Part shown: piece by piece, positions 11,039-20,965 of the stretch
How positions within the stretch are numbered: the stretch's first letter is position 1
Layout of the letters: every line of letters starts with the position of its first letter
NCBI GenBank assembly: GCA_016839815.1
Contig: JAEOTM010000204.1
Coordinates: 1 to 64,000, forward strand
Source of the DNA: Candidatus Hodarchaeota archaeon
GTDB lineage: Archaea > Asgardarchaeota > Heimdallarchaeia > Hodarchaeales > Hodarchaeaceae
Direction: 5' to 3'
Length of the DNA: 64,000 nt
Position numbers and translations under genes: made by a program
Notes under the pieces: model-generated
The model's input: the letters and a program-made list of their open reading frames with translations, nothing else
The model's database searches: none
What the model was told of the DNA's origin: nothing

Positions 11039-13005
11039 AGAGATTCCTTACAAAAAAGTCCTTGTTCAGTTATTGAGTCAAATTCGGAAAAAGGAATGAA
11101 TTTTAAAGCAAACTTTGATTCTATTTCCGCCATAGTATTCGGAAGCATGTTAAATTCTTCTCGCATTGGAAAGATGAAATTTAGATAATAAACTGCCAAG
11201 TTATTTGGCCATAAGCTTTCGTTTTCAGGAACTGCAAGAGCTAATGATATTCTCTTTCGAAAACGGTCAACATGTTGATGGGAATGTTTTCTTCCGACTT
11301 GTTGCACTAATTGATCTGCTGAAAGGGGGGAATACAGTACGAAGAGACGATTATCTTTAACTTTAAACCCATAGATAGTCCCAAAGCTAGTATCATTCTT
11401 ATAAAGAGATTTTCCGATTAGAAAACGTAAAGATTCTGATATCGAATGAAAATAGATTCCAATTTTTGCTCTGAGTTCTGTTTTTCTGTTAAATGCACAT
11501 GATGGAACTATAGAATAGTAGGCAATGGCAATTTCGTGGGGAGAGCGCAATATTCTTTCTTGAAAATTAACTTTCCATAAATTTTCAGGGGAAAAAACTT
11601 CACCTTCACCGACTTTCAACTTTTTTGCTAAATAAAATCGTAACTCAGCCAAATTTTGTTTACCTAATCCCTGTAAAAATATGTCCAATAAACTAGAGGG
11701 AGGAATTAAACGCTCAATTATCAAAGAGTGACCCAACGGAGTTTTTTCCATCACTCCTGCAATTTTACCGAAATGAGTTCCTGCAATTCCCTTGATATCT
11801 TCACCGATTGGAGTGCTAAAAGCTGGGGAGGGACTAGGAGACGGTATCCATGCACGCAGGGTAATCTTTTGTAAATTTGCTTCATTAACCGTAATTGAAT
11901 TATTTGCTGAAATTCGAACCTTGTCTTCATTATAAAACCATATGTTAGCAATTTTGGGTTTAACTGGAGTAAAATCTTCAGATAGAAGGCTAAGCCATTC
12001 ATTGAAGAAAGATGGTTGAAATGTCAGCTGATGAGGTATCTTCAAAGTATCAGAAATCTTATTTTGCATTTCTTCTGTTGAAATGGAATTTAGATCTATT
12101 CCCAGATCATGCAACAAGGAAGAGAATTTGGATTTCATTCGGGTCAAGGTAAGAGATTCTTCTAGAACGATGGGAAGAAAGTTAATCTGGTTGACTTGAA
12201 TTGGTGCCCTAATTAATCCGATCGGTTTTTCTTCTAAATTATATGCTATTAATCCAACAGCATTCCATAAGTTAGCTTCATCGGTGGGAACAGGAGGAGA
12301 GTAATCATTGGATTGCACATCTGGTACAGAGCTTGAAGGAAATATTGGTTTGTGACTAATAATATCAGGTAAAGGTTTAATAATTTCTTCTAATTGGAAT
12401 TTTACTTGATTCTGGTCTGAAATGGGGGAGATAAACGCTTTTAGAATATCCGATTCAATGATTTCACTAACATTGAGGGTTTCAGGAGATTTTTGACCTC
12501 CTTGCTGGGATTGATGTTTTATCCAAATTTCAAGAAACGAATCTTGAAGGTTCTTATCTACCTTAAAATCGCTTCCGGTATATTCAGTTACAAAGAATTC
12601 GTGAGAATTGAGGTTGGAATCCTTTATAATCGAAGTAAGGTAATTTAACCTATCCGTGATAAAAGAATTAAGTAAATCTCTTCGTACTCCGTATGATTGC
12701 TTTAATTCGACAAGAGAAGAAATTTCATCCCGTGCATCGTTATCTGATAATGTTTTCCCTTCCCAACCAGTAATCACCGTTTCAATTTTACTTTCAATAT
12801 CTTCCATTTTTGAGATTAATTCTTTTAAGAACTTATTTTGTTCAACGGCTTGGAGTATAGCAAGTAAAGGGGGAGGAGGAGAAGACTTTTGTTTTTTTGC
12901 TAGTTTTTCCATTCTTTCAAGCTGTGATAAGAGTAAGCTTTCTTCTATCAACTTATCTGTCCGAAGTCTCATTAGAAGTTTGCGTAAATTATTCTCCTTA
13001 TCCAA
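11035..13005 (-). CDS. coiled-coil protein with three PRC-barrel-like repeats (CdvA-like, tentative)
   Basis: N-terminal coiled coil plus three repeats beginning 'AVGLIAYNLEEKPIGLI', 'PIGEDIKGIAGTHFGKI', 'LIGKSLYKNDTSFGTI'. Confidence 0.55.
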   Translation of the reverse strand: MDKENNLRKLLMRLRTDKLIEESLLLSQLERMEKLAKKQKSSPPPPLLAILQAVEQNKFLKELISKMEDIESKIETVITGWEGKTLSDNDARDEISSLVELKQSYGVRRDLLNSFITDRLNYLTSIIKDSNLNSHEFFVTEYTGSDFKVDKNLQDSFLEIWIKHQSQQGGQKSPETLNVSEIIESDILKAFISPISDQNQVKFQLEEIIKPLPDIISHKPIFPSSSVPDVQSNDYSPPVPTDEANLWNAVGLIAYNLEEKPIGLIRAPIQVNQINFLPIVLEESLTLTRMKSKFSSLLHDLGIDLNSISTEEMQNKISDTLKIPHQLTFQPSFFNEWLSLLSEDFTPVKPKIANIWFYNEDKVRISANNSITVNEANLQKITLRAWIPSPSPSPAFSTPIGEDIKGIAGTHFGKIAGVMEKTPLGHSLIIERLIPPSSLLDIFLQGLGKQNLAELRFYLAKKLKVGEGEVFSPENLWKVNFQERILRSPHEIAIAYYSIVPSCAFNRKTELRAKIGIYFHSISESLRFLIGKSLYKNDTSFGTIYGFKVKDNRLFVLYSPLSADQLVQQVGRKHSHQHVDRFRKRISLALAVPENESLWPNNLAVYYLNFIFPMREEFNMLPNTMAEIESKFALKFIPFSEFDSITEQGLFCKESL

Positions 13006-13186
13006 GTACTCTTACATCCTTGGAATTGTTGTTTTTTTTCCTCACGATAAGATTAGTAGGAGGGTAAAAAAAGCTTATCGAAATCTAGGAACATTCTTTA
13101 CGTAATATAAACTTAAAGAATTGATAAATCTAATCCCAGTGAAGCATTAGAGGGAAAACAGTAGGAGAGATTCGTTGAATATACAT

Positions 13187-14215
13187 TTACTCTTCGTCAG
13201 ATGTTTGCGATTTCTTTTCGGTATCATCTTCCGCAAGTGATTCAGGAATTTCATATTTAAAAGGAGGTTTAGTTGTAATAATTACCCCTTCATCCTCAGT
13301 TAGAACAAATGTATGCTCATACTGAGCGACATAGCTGCCTTTTTCATCTGCAAGTGTTGGATAGACTATAACCCCACCATTGCTTAGTAACTCGCGTAAT
13401 GCAAACCGGACTCTAGCACGATTGAAATTGTCATAAGAACTTAACCATCTTTCCGCAAATGGGAGAGTCTTATATTTTTTATAAATTGTGGAGTAGATCT
13501 TTCGAGATTCTTGATTCCGAAGGGCAATTCGACGAGGAAGTAACATATATATGTATCTAGATCCTTTAATTTCATGGATACTCCCAGATCCTGTCGTAGC
13601 AAACGTCTCCAATGCATATGCTTCTCCAACTTCTAGTGCTGCTTCAGCTGGGTCAAATGGGGCACTTACACTTGGTAATCTCTTATCTCCGTGCAGTTCA
13701 AATCGTCCCAATTTATGACCTGTTAATTCCTTAATTGGACGATATCCATATCCAGTAATGGCTTCTTCAATTCTACCGCCCACCATCGATGGAAGTGTTC
13801 CAGCCTGGATAATTTCCATCCCAGCGTTAAACCCGTCCTCAGCCGCTTTCTTAAGATTTTTCAGCTCTTCGGAAAGAATTACTGTCAATGCGGTATCTGC
13901 AATATATCCATTCACATGTACACCGATATCTAGTTTAATACTACCTGAATCAGGAATAGTATTCTCATCTCCGAAGGGACTAGTATAATGGGCAGCAATG
14001 TTGTTGATTGAAACATTGGTCGGAAATCCAAACCCTTCTGCTCCCTTATCTAAGATCATCTTTTCAGCAGTCTCACAAATATCAATGATAGGTACCCCTG
14101 GCTTTATCATATCCTTGACTGATTGCAAAACTTCGTGAGCAATTTGCCCAGCCTTCCTATAATAGTAAATTTTCTCGTCCTCTGTAATCCCTTCTTCAGA
14201 TGTCCAGTCACTCAT
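13187..14215 (-). CDS. map: methionine aminopeptidase type II
   Basis: 'GFPTNVSINNIAAHYT', 'KLDIGVHVNGYIADTA', 'LTGH', 'ETFATTGSG', 'VAQYEHT'. Confidence 0.97.
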   Translation of the reverse strand: MSDWTSEEGITEDEKIYYYRKAGQIAHEVLQSVKDMIKPGVPIIDICETAEKMILDKGAEGFGFPTNVSINNIAAHYTSPFGDENTIPDSGSIKLDIGVHVNGYIADTALTVILSEELKNLKKAAEDGFNAGMEIIQAGTLPSMVGGRIEEAITGYGYRPIKELTGHKLGRFELHGDKRLPSVSAPFDPAEAALEVGEAYALETFATTGSGSIHEIKGSRYIYMLLPRRIALRNQESRKIYSTIYKKYKTLPFAERWLSSYDNFNRARVRFALRELLSNGGVIVYPTLADEKGSYVAQYEHTFVLTEDEGVIITTKPPFKYEIPESLAEDDTEKKSQTSDEE

Positions 14216-14394
14216 TTCTTACACCAATAGCTAATTTTTCTTTCGCAATCTTACAGTAGAGAGGAATAAATAAAAATAAGAAAAGATTTTTTATCGTAGA
14301 TATCCAATATACTTATCAGACCTTCTTTATGTCTGAAAAAATACTCCCTCAAATAAACTTGTGTGTGCTTCTATTCATTAGTGTGGATCCTTAA

Positions 14395-15621
14395 ATGAAT
14401 GAACTAACTGCTATAACGAAAATCAAAGAGATCTTTACCCAAGATTATCAAATTTCAGCTGAGAAAATTACAGAAGTAGTATCTATTTGTGATGAGCTCA
14501 ATGAATTATTAAGCTCTCATGAAAATCTAGAATTCGAATTCTATTTGCACATTCTCCAGAATTTACGCTTATTTTTTGCTAGTGAATTTCTATTTCTTAG
14601 AAATCGGACGGTCAAGGCTTTAAATAATTATCATAAAGTCCAAGAAGGAATCACAAAGATCCAGAGTAATTATCCAGAATTTTATTCCCAATGGCAGTAT
14701 GATATCGACCGTATTCTCTTAAGGACTGACGCCAGGATCCAAAACTTGCGTGCTCAGACCACTTTTGATGAAAATGATTTTGCACAGGCAGAGATTCTTT
14801 ATACAGAGGCAATTAAGCGATATTCCAATGAACTGGAAATTGAACAGAAGAAACAAGATTACTACCATTATTTCGATTCACTTAGGAATATGTACTATGT
14901 TACTGGACTTTTATACAATTTACGTGGTATCTCTACCTCTAAATCTGACGAAATGTATCAAGCATTACGATTCTTTCGTAAAGCTCGGTTTCTAGGTCAG
15001 GAAGCTAGTAATGATAATTTTAATAAGACACGGACTCAAATTAAAGGGATTTCTATTCAAAAATTAGAAAAACAAGCAGAATCTTTCTTCACTGCTGGTA
15101 TTCTGCACTCAGAAAATGAAGCTTATTCGCAGGCTTCTATTGAATATAATAAATCCGCACAACTGTACCGTTCTTTAGGTAAAATGCAAAGCAATATTGA
15201 ATATGAACTTCAAGAGCTTATACAAATGTCCTCATACTACGAAGCTCTTGCTAAAGATAATATGGTAAAGGATCAGAACGAGCTTGCCACAAAGAATTTT
15301 ACAAATGCCCGTAGAATCTTAGACAGTATGTTGGCAAAGCTCCCAGGAGAAGAACTGGCTACCTCCTTCCAACCTCAAATTCTGTATTTTGATGCGATGA
15401 CAATGTTTTGTACTGCCGTTGTTGAATACGATCAACTAATGCCCGAAGCAATGACACATTTTAGTGAAGCAACGGCATTACTGGAGACTGCAAAAGAAAA
15501 AGCTGAAGAATTAAATAATACTCCTCTGATTGAGGGATGCACCGAGGCAATAAATAAGCTTAACTCTTACCAGAATATCGCTGAAATAATGTTTCAGTCT
15601 GATGGCCTTTCAGAAGAATAA
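14395..15621 (+). CDS. alpha-solenoid / TPR-like protein
   Basis: Repeated helical 'A..Y..A...Y' patterns over 408 aa. Confidence 0.65.
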   Translation: MNELTAITKIKEIFTQDYQISAEKITEVVSICDELNELLSSHENLEFEFYLHILQNLRLFFASEFLFLRNRTVKALNNYHKVQEGITKIQSNYPEFYSQWQYDIDRILLRTDARIQNLRAQTTFDENDFAQAEILYTEAIKRYSNELEIEQKKQDYYHYFDSLRNMYYVTGLLYNLRGISTSKSDEMYQALRFFRKARFLGQEASNDNFNKTRTQIKGISIQKLEKQAESFFTAGILHSENEAYSQASIEYNKSAQLYRSLGKMQSNIEYELQELIQMSSYYEALAKDNMVKDQNELATKNFTNARRILDSMLAKLPGEELATSFQPQILYFDAMTMFCTAVVEYDQLMPEAMTHFSEATALLETAKEKAEELNNTPLIEGCTEAINKLNSYQNIAEIMFQSDGLSEE

Positions 15622-15935
15622 GATTGCTCGAGATTCTCCAAAATATAGAAAGCTTCAAGTAAAGGAATACTTAACCTACTGGCAAGATCTGGAGGGGTAA
15701 TTTTCGGATTTTTCGGAAGAATTTTCTGGCGAGTCCAAGCTAAATTCGCAAAAAATCCTGGTATGAGAGGGAACACTTCTTCTAGCAGTTCTAATAATTC
15801 CTTTTTTGATAAGTCATTGAGTGAGTGTGGGAGTTTGTTCCGAGTGAAAAGGATTGGTTTTTTTTTCTTGGTGGTTTCTTCGGATTTCAGTTTTCCCCCA
15901 ATTTCTTGTGAAAAAAACCGATTTAGATTTGACAT
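15594..15935 (-). CDS. small hypothetical protein, possible C-terminal HTH
   Basis: ATG start; 'ITPPDLASRLSIPLLEAFYILE' is HTH-like. Confidence 0.55.
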   Translation of the reverse strand: MSNLNRFFSQEIGGKLKSEETTKKKKPILFTRNKLPHSLNDLSKKELLELLEEVFPLIPGFFANLAWTRQKILPKNPKITPPDLASRLSIPLLEAFYILENLEQSYSSERPSD

Positions 15936-16047
15936 CCGTGCATCACAATTTATAATCTCTTCTCCTAAGGTTTAAAAACCTTTTTCGTTGAGCAGTACTC
16001 ACACTATTCTTTTCTAATACGAAATTATTTTAGGTGTCACAAAGTTC

Positions 16048-16380
16048 ATGTCTGACAAAACTGAATCGAAGGGTGGAAGCAGTACTTCAAAGGTCGGTGG
16101 TGTTCGCCGTCTGGTGCTAGATGTATTAAAACTTCATGATCCATCTCTTGTGTCGTTTGCAACAGCACTCGAACAAGTTGATGGTGTAAATGCTGTAAAT
16201 TGTACTCTTGTTGAGATAGATGCAAAAACAGAGAATCTAAAGGTTGTATTGGAAGGTTCAAATATGGATTATGAACTGATCTCAAAAGCGATAAATGATT
16301 TACACGGATCAATCCATTCAATTGATCAAGTCATCTCTGGTAAGCATTTAGTAGAAGCCATCGAAACACCTCAAGATTAA
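16048..16380 (+). CDS. DUF211 family protein
   Basis: 'VRRLVLDVLK', 'GSIHSIDQVISG'. Confidence 0.9.
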   Translation: MSDKTESKGGSSTSKVGGVRRLVLDVLKLHDPSLVSFATALEQVDGVNAVNCTLVEIDAKTENLKVVLEGSNMDYELISKAINDLHGSIHSIDQVISGKHLVEAIETPQD

Positions 16381-16549
16381 GTAATCTAGCAATAATTTGT
16401 AGGAAAAATATTGTTAGATTAAATCTCACCTTTTATTAAGGTGAAGATTATCTTTTTTAGGCACTCTTAGCTTATCCAGGGCCTTCAATATTCGTATATG
16501 TAAAGAAGAGTCTCCTAAAACATTATGGTGAAGCTATTCCTTAGGTAAT

Positions 16550-16861
16550 TTAATCTCTCAGCTCGATAGAAGATTCAGGAAAACCCTCTTTGACTAGGAT
16601 AGGGGCAACTAATCTCATGAAATTTCCTTGAAGTTCAATACGGCCTTCCTTTGTTGTACCACCCGTAGCTAACTTTTTCTTCAAGCGTTTAGTTAAGGGT
16701 TTTAAATCGATATCTTTTGATAAACCCGCTATCACAGTTACTTCTCTTCCCCATTTTCTTCTTTCAATAAAAACACGAATACTCGTCTGTTCTTCTCTTG
16801 CGATATCCGAACAGGCACATAGCTCTGTCGGTAAACCACAGGTTTTGCAAATTTCACTCAT
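16550..16861 (-). CDS. sui1: translation initiation factor aIF1 (SUI1)
   Basis: 'CKTCGLPTELCACSDIAREEQ', 'LKKKLATGGTTKEGRIELQG'. Confidence 0.95.
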   Translation of the reverse strand: MSEICKTCGLPTELCACSDIAREEQTSIRVFIERRKWGREVTVIAGLSKDIDLKPLTKRLKKKLATGGTTKEGRIELQGNFMRLVAPILVKEGFPESSIELRD

Positions 16862-16961
16862 TTTTTAATTATAGCCTCAGATTTCTGGTTGAATCAGCTG
16901 ACATTCACTAATTTATGAGAGAATATAAATTTATCTAGAGGATTCGGACATCCGACACTGA

Positions 16962-17108
16962 TCAATCGGTTTTTAATCGTTTGATAATTGGGGGTCGTTT
17001 TTTCAAAAGAATCCTATGTCCGCAAATAATACATCTAATCCCGGGTAATGTTTCCAATTCGGCAGGATCAATCTCTTGATGGCATTTTTGACATAAATAC
17101 GACGTCAT
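16962..17108 (-). CDS. rpoP: RNA polymerase subunit P (Rpo12), absent from the ORF track
   Basis: Manual translation MTSYLCQKCHQEIDPAELETLPGIRCIICGHRILLKKRPPIIKRLKTD: C4 zinc ribbon and 'CGHRILLKKRPP' motif. Confidence 0.93.
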   Translation of the reverse strand: MTSYLCQKCHQEIDPAELETLPGIRCIICGHRILLKKRPPIIKRLKTD

Positions 17109-17145
17109 GTTTTAACCCAAAATTGTAGGAGTGTGGAAATCGATA

Positions 17146-17562
17146 TCACTCTTGTATGGTACGTTTAAGATTTGTTTTGATATAATTTGCTATGTCATCA
17201 GTTTCAGCCCCAGGACCGAAAATACCTCTTATTCCAATTTTTTCAAGTTTTGGCACATCATCATCTGGGATAATGCCTCCTGCGATAACAAGTGTATCCT
17301 CTTCCATTTCCTTTTCTGATAAGAGTTGCATAATTCGGGTGAATAAGGCCATATGCGCTCCACTTAAGCTAGAGAGACCGATAACATCGGCATCTTCTTG
17401 CAAAGCAGCCTCGATAATTGCTTCTGGACTCTTATGTAAACCTGTATAGATCACTTCCATTCCAGCATCCCGGAGAGCTCTTGCAACGACTTTAACTCCC
17501 CTATCATGACCATCTAATCCTGGTTTTGCTAATAAGACACGTATTTTTTGACTTGGTTTCAT
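17146..17562 (-). CDS. acyl-CoA mutase small, cobalamin-binding subunit
   Basis: '[10 protein letters not shown]' (DxHxxG), 'SSLSGAH', 'GGIIP'. Confidence 0.95.
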   Translation of the reverse strand: MKPSQKIRVLLAKPGLDGHDRGVKVVARALRDAGMEVIYTGLHKSPEAIIEAALQEDADVIGLSSLSGAHMALFTRIMQLLSEKEMEEDTLVIAGGIIPDDDVPKLEKIGIRGIFGPGAETDDIANYIKTNLKRTIQE

Positions 17563-17580
17563 CTTCTAACTTCCTCAATC

Positions 17581-19296
17581 CTAGAATAGCAGATCTCCTT
17601 TCCATTCACCGAAAACTTCCCTAAAAACATCACATATTTCCCCAATGGAAGCATATGCCTTAACCGCCTCCAAAATTGCTGGGAATACATTTTCATCTCC
17701 TTTTGCGGCTATCCGTATTTTTTCTAAAGCATTTTGCACCTTTTCAGAACTTCTTTCTTGTTTAACTTCTTCTAGTCGCTTTTGTTGTCGTTCAGCAATT
17801 TCATCACCGATTTGTAAGATTGGAATCTTAATTTGTTCACCTTTAGTAAATTCATTTACCCCTACAATGGTTCTTTGATTTGCCTCAATTTCCTTTTGAT
17901 ATTGATAAGCCGCGTTTGCGATTTCTTGTTGGAAGAAACCTTTCTCTATCGCAGGTATTACTCCACCAAGTTGGTCAACTTTCAGTATGTATTCCTCTAC
18001 CTCATCTTCCATCTTATTGGTAAGGCTCTCTACAAAATAACTACCAGCCAAAGGATCAATTGTATTTGTTAATCCACTTTCGTGAGCAATTATCTGTTGT
18101 GTACGTAGTGCTATTTCCACAGCATCCTCACTAGGTAATGCTAATGCTTCATCCAGTGAATTCGTATGTAATGATTGCGTACCTCCAATTACAGCAGCCA
18201 TAGATTGAACTGTTGTACGAATAACATTATTATATGGTTGCTGAGCAGTTAGCGAGCAACCAGCAGTTTGTGTGTGAAATCTAAGCCAAAGTGATCGTTC
18301 ATTCTTTGGTTTGTATTCTTTCATTTTTCGCGCCCAAATTCGACGTGCTGCTCTGAACTTTGCTATTTCCTCAAAAAAATCATTGTGAGAATTAAAGAAA
18401 AATGATAGTCGTGGAGCAAAATCATCGATATCTAGTCCTGACTTAACTGCCCATCTGACATATTCTAATCCATTAATGAGGGTAAAAGCCAATTCTTGAG
18501 CGGCTGTAGATCCAGCTTCACGAATATGATATCCGGAAATTGAAATTGTATTCCATCTCGGGACGTTTTCTGAACAATATTTAATAGTATCAACGATTAG
18601 ACGCATCGATGGTTTGGGGGGGAAAATATATGATTTTTGGGCCATATATTCCTTTAGAATATCATTCTGAATTGTTCCTCCGATTTGATCAGCAGATACT
18701 CCTTGTTTCTCTGCTACAGCAATATACATTGCAAGCAAGATAGCTGCTGGAGCATTTATTGTCATCGAAGTTGTAACCTGTTCAAGAGGAATCCCATCAA
18801 ATAAGATTTCCATATCTCTTAATGTATCGATAGCTACTCCAAGCTTTCCCACTTCTCCCAAGGACATTGGATGGGTGGATTCACGTCCATAAAGAGTAGG
18901 AAGATGAAAAGCAACGCTTAAACCTGTCATTCCATTTGCTAATAGAAATTTAAATCTTTTATTTGTCTCCTCTGCTCCTCCAAATCCAGCAAACTGCCGC
19001 ATTGTCCACAAACGCCCACGATACATGGTTTGTTGTACCCCGCGGGTATAAGGAAATTCACCTGGATAGCCCACATCGTTTGAGTAATTCCAATTACTGG
19101 GAATATCAGTAGGTCCATAAAGACGATCGATTGGAACGCTTGATGTTGTAATAAAACTAGATAGTCTTTCAGGTTTCTTTTTAACTAATGATTCATATTT
19201 TTCCTCCCACTTCTTTCGTTTCTGAAGGAGCTCAGCACGTGCAGAAGAATTCTCTGCACTAGAAACTTTATTGGATTTATTTGGAGACGTAGTCAA
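17581..19296 (-). CDS. B12-dependent acyl-CoA mutase large subunit, isobutyryl-CoA mutase type
   Basis: MCM-family motifs 'PGEFPYTRG', 'SISGYHIREAG', 'GGTQSLHTNS'; specificity residues 'RQFAGF' and 'KEYMAQK'. Confidence 0.9.
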   Translation of the reverse strand: MTTSPNKSNKVSSAENSSARAELLQKRKKWEEKYESLVKKKPERLSSFITTSSVPIDRLYGPTDIPSNWNYSNDVGYPGEFPYTRGVQQTMYRGRLWTMRQFAGFGGAEETNKRFKFLLANGMTGLSVAFHLPTLYGRESTHPMSLGEVGKLGVAIDTLRDMEILFDGIPLEQVTTSMTINAPAAILLAMYIAVAEKQGVSADQIGGTIQNDILKEYMAQKSYIFPPKPSMRLIVDTIKYCSENVPRWNTISISGYHIREAGSTAAQELAFTLINGLEYVRWAVKSGLDIDDFAPRLSFFFNSHNDFFEEIAKFRAARRIWARKMKEYKPKNERSLWLRFHTQTAGCSLTAQQPYNNVIRTTVQSMAAVIGGTQSLHTNSLDEALALPSEDAVEIALRTQQIIAHESGLTNTIDPLAGSYFVESLTNKMEDEVEEYILKVDQLGGVIPAIEKGFFQQEIANAAYQYQKEIEANQRTIVGVNEFTKGEQIKIPILQIGDEIAERQQKRLEEVKQERSSEKVQNALEKIRIAAKGDENVFPAILEAVKAYASIGEICDVFREVFGEWKGDLLF

Positions 19297-19883
19297 TATT
19301 CTACACCTTTTCGAGCGTTAATGTTCTGTTGATACGGATGTTTTTTGGATTCTACTATCGTATAATAATCAGCGATTTCAAAAAGGGCTTTAGTTGCATA
19401 TCTGCCTGTTAGTATAACCTCAAGATTTTTAGGTTTTGCGCTCAGAAGATCAAGAACCTCATCCTCTGGAATGAGCTGATAATCAATTGCCATATTTATT
19501 TCATCTAGAATAATGATATCCCATTCCTTTTCCATTTCTTTCTTGAAGTAAGCTAATCCTGCTCGTGCCTCACGAAAATCGATATGTAACGGACTTTTTT
19601 TATTTATAAAGTCAGGAGTTCCGTATTGGACAATCTGAAAATTTGGTAAATACTCTGCTGCTTTCAATTCTCCATAATCCCATCCTTTTTTCATGAATTG
19701 GATCATTAATATCTTAAATCCATGACCAGCTGCACGAAGTGCAATTCCTAATGCAGAAGTTGTTTTTCCTTTTCCATTTCCTGTTATGAGATTAATACAC
19801 CCAAGAGAAGAGGAATTAGTTTTTAAGTTTTCATTCTTCATAAAATCATTCCCAGGTTCACAATTATTATTCATTAACTGCAT
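19293..19883 (-). CDS. cobO: ATP:cob(I)alamin adenosyltransferase, CobA/BtuR type
   Basis: 'TGNGKGKTTSALG', 'QFMK', 'ILDEIN', 'ILTGR', 'KHPY...ARKGVEY'; true start probably a downstream ATG. Confidence 0.95.
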   Translation of the reverse strand: MQLMNNNCEPGNDFMKNENLKTNSSSLGCINLITGNGKGKTTSALGIALRAAGHGFKILMIQFMKKGWDYGELKAAEYLPNFQIVQYGTPDFINKKSPLHIDFREARAGLAYFKKEMEKEWDIIILDEINMAIDYQLIPEDEVLDLLSAKPKNLEVILTGRYATKALFEIADYYTIVESKKHPYQQNINARKGVEY

Positions 19884-19974
19884 CCTACCAGACTAAAACT
19901 TATCACTTCTTGACTGTTTCACTCAAAAACGCATCAACATAAATAAATTGGTACTTAAACAAGTATAAAATGAG

Positions 19975-20075
19975 GGCCGATGCGGGGAATCGAACCCCGA
20001 CATGGTGGGCCACAACCACCGAGACTACCAATAGTCTATACACAAATATCTGTGTATATTTATCCTACATCGGCC
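19975..20075 (-). tRNA. tRNA-His(GTG), genome-encoded G-1, 29-nt D-loop intron (about 20031-20059, position 15/16)
   Basis: Acceptor GCCGATG/CATCGGC, anticodon arm GGTGG-TTGTGGC-CCACC, T arm CGGGG-TTCGATT-CCCCG; intron hairpin TATACACA/TGTGTATA in a relaxed BHB. Confidence 0.88.
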
Positions 20076-20162
20076 AGTCCTTGAAATAATTTCGATTTTC
20101 ATTGATTTAAATCGTTATCTGTTATATTAGGTTTTTTATAAGCCTATTTCAATGATAATAAA

Positions 20163-20275
20163 CGTCGGGAGGGGGATTTGAACCCCCGAGTTCAAAGAAC
20201 ACCAACTTAGCAGGCTGGCTCCATTCTGGTCAAGTATGAACCTCATGGTTGAATACCAGGCTTGGATATCCCGAC
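20163..20275 (-). tRNA. tRNA-Ser(GCT) with 28-nt D-loop intron (20225-20252, position 20b/21)
   Basis: Acceptor GTCGGGA/TCCCGAC, anticodon loop CT-GCT-AA, long variable arm; BHB central helix TGGT/ACCA. Confidence 0.9.
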
Positions 20276-20471
20276 TTATTGTGTTAGCGACTATCCTATC
20301 CCTTTCTAATTAACTTTCGTATCTTGATGAAGGAAGGATAGATAATTATATCGTATTATTACTCACCAATATTAATGAAAGACCAACTTTTTTCCTGTAT
20401 TATGTTCATAATCTCTCATCAACCTAAGTGACTTCCTCTCCGTGTCACAACTATAAATTATTAGGAATTAG

Positions 20472-20963
20472 ATGATAATGACTGCCCAAAACTTACTCTT
20501 AGCTCTTCATAACACTCATAGCCCCAATACTGTGAAATTATTTGCAAACACTGTTGTGAATTTTCCTTTTTTATGTAAGAATGTAATCTTCAGTAAAATT
20601 ACCTCATCTGCGGCCTCAATGGGAATTCCCGATGCTCAAAAACTTATTCTTGCTTCTAATAAACATGGAAGCTTATTCTTTTTTGCTGAAATTTCTGACA
20701 TCGTTGACTCCTTACATCCTGACAAGATCTATTTACTAGTACCTCGGCGTTTTAGTCAGAACGTGGTTTCATTTAAGCAGATCACTCATGAATTAAAGGA
20801 ATCTAAAGTTTTAGTTGTTGTTGGAGGATCTTCTTCTGGTCTAACACGAAAGGAATTAGATTTAGGAGAATGTATTTCCCTAGAAGAATCTATTACTGAC
20901 CTTAATCCTGTTTCTTTAACGGCTATTTTTCTTTATGGACTGTCCCAACTGAGTTCTGAGTAA
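20472..20963 (+). CDS. SPOUT-fold methyltransferase-like protein (often mislabelled RecB-family nuclease)
   Basis: 'LHNTHS', 'SSAASMGIPDAQK', 'VVVGGSSSGLTRKELDLG' knot-like motif. Confidence 0.7.
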   Translation: MIMTAQNLLLALHNTHSPNTVKLFANTVVNFPFLCKNVIFSKITSSAASMGIPDAQKLILASNKHGSLFFFAEISDIVDSLHPDKIYLLVPRRFSQNVVSFKQITHELKESKVLVVVGGSSSGLTRKELDLGECISLEESITDLNPVSLTAIFLYGLSQLSSE

Positions 20964-20965
20964 TT

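Noticed and set aside
16421-16449. Hairpin TCACCTT/AAGGTGA
   Set aside because: Lies between convergent genes; most simply a terminator-associated stem
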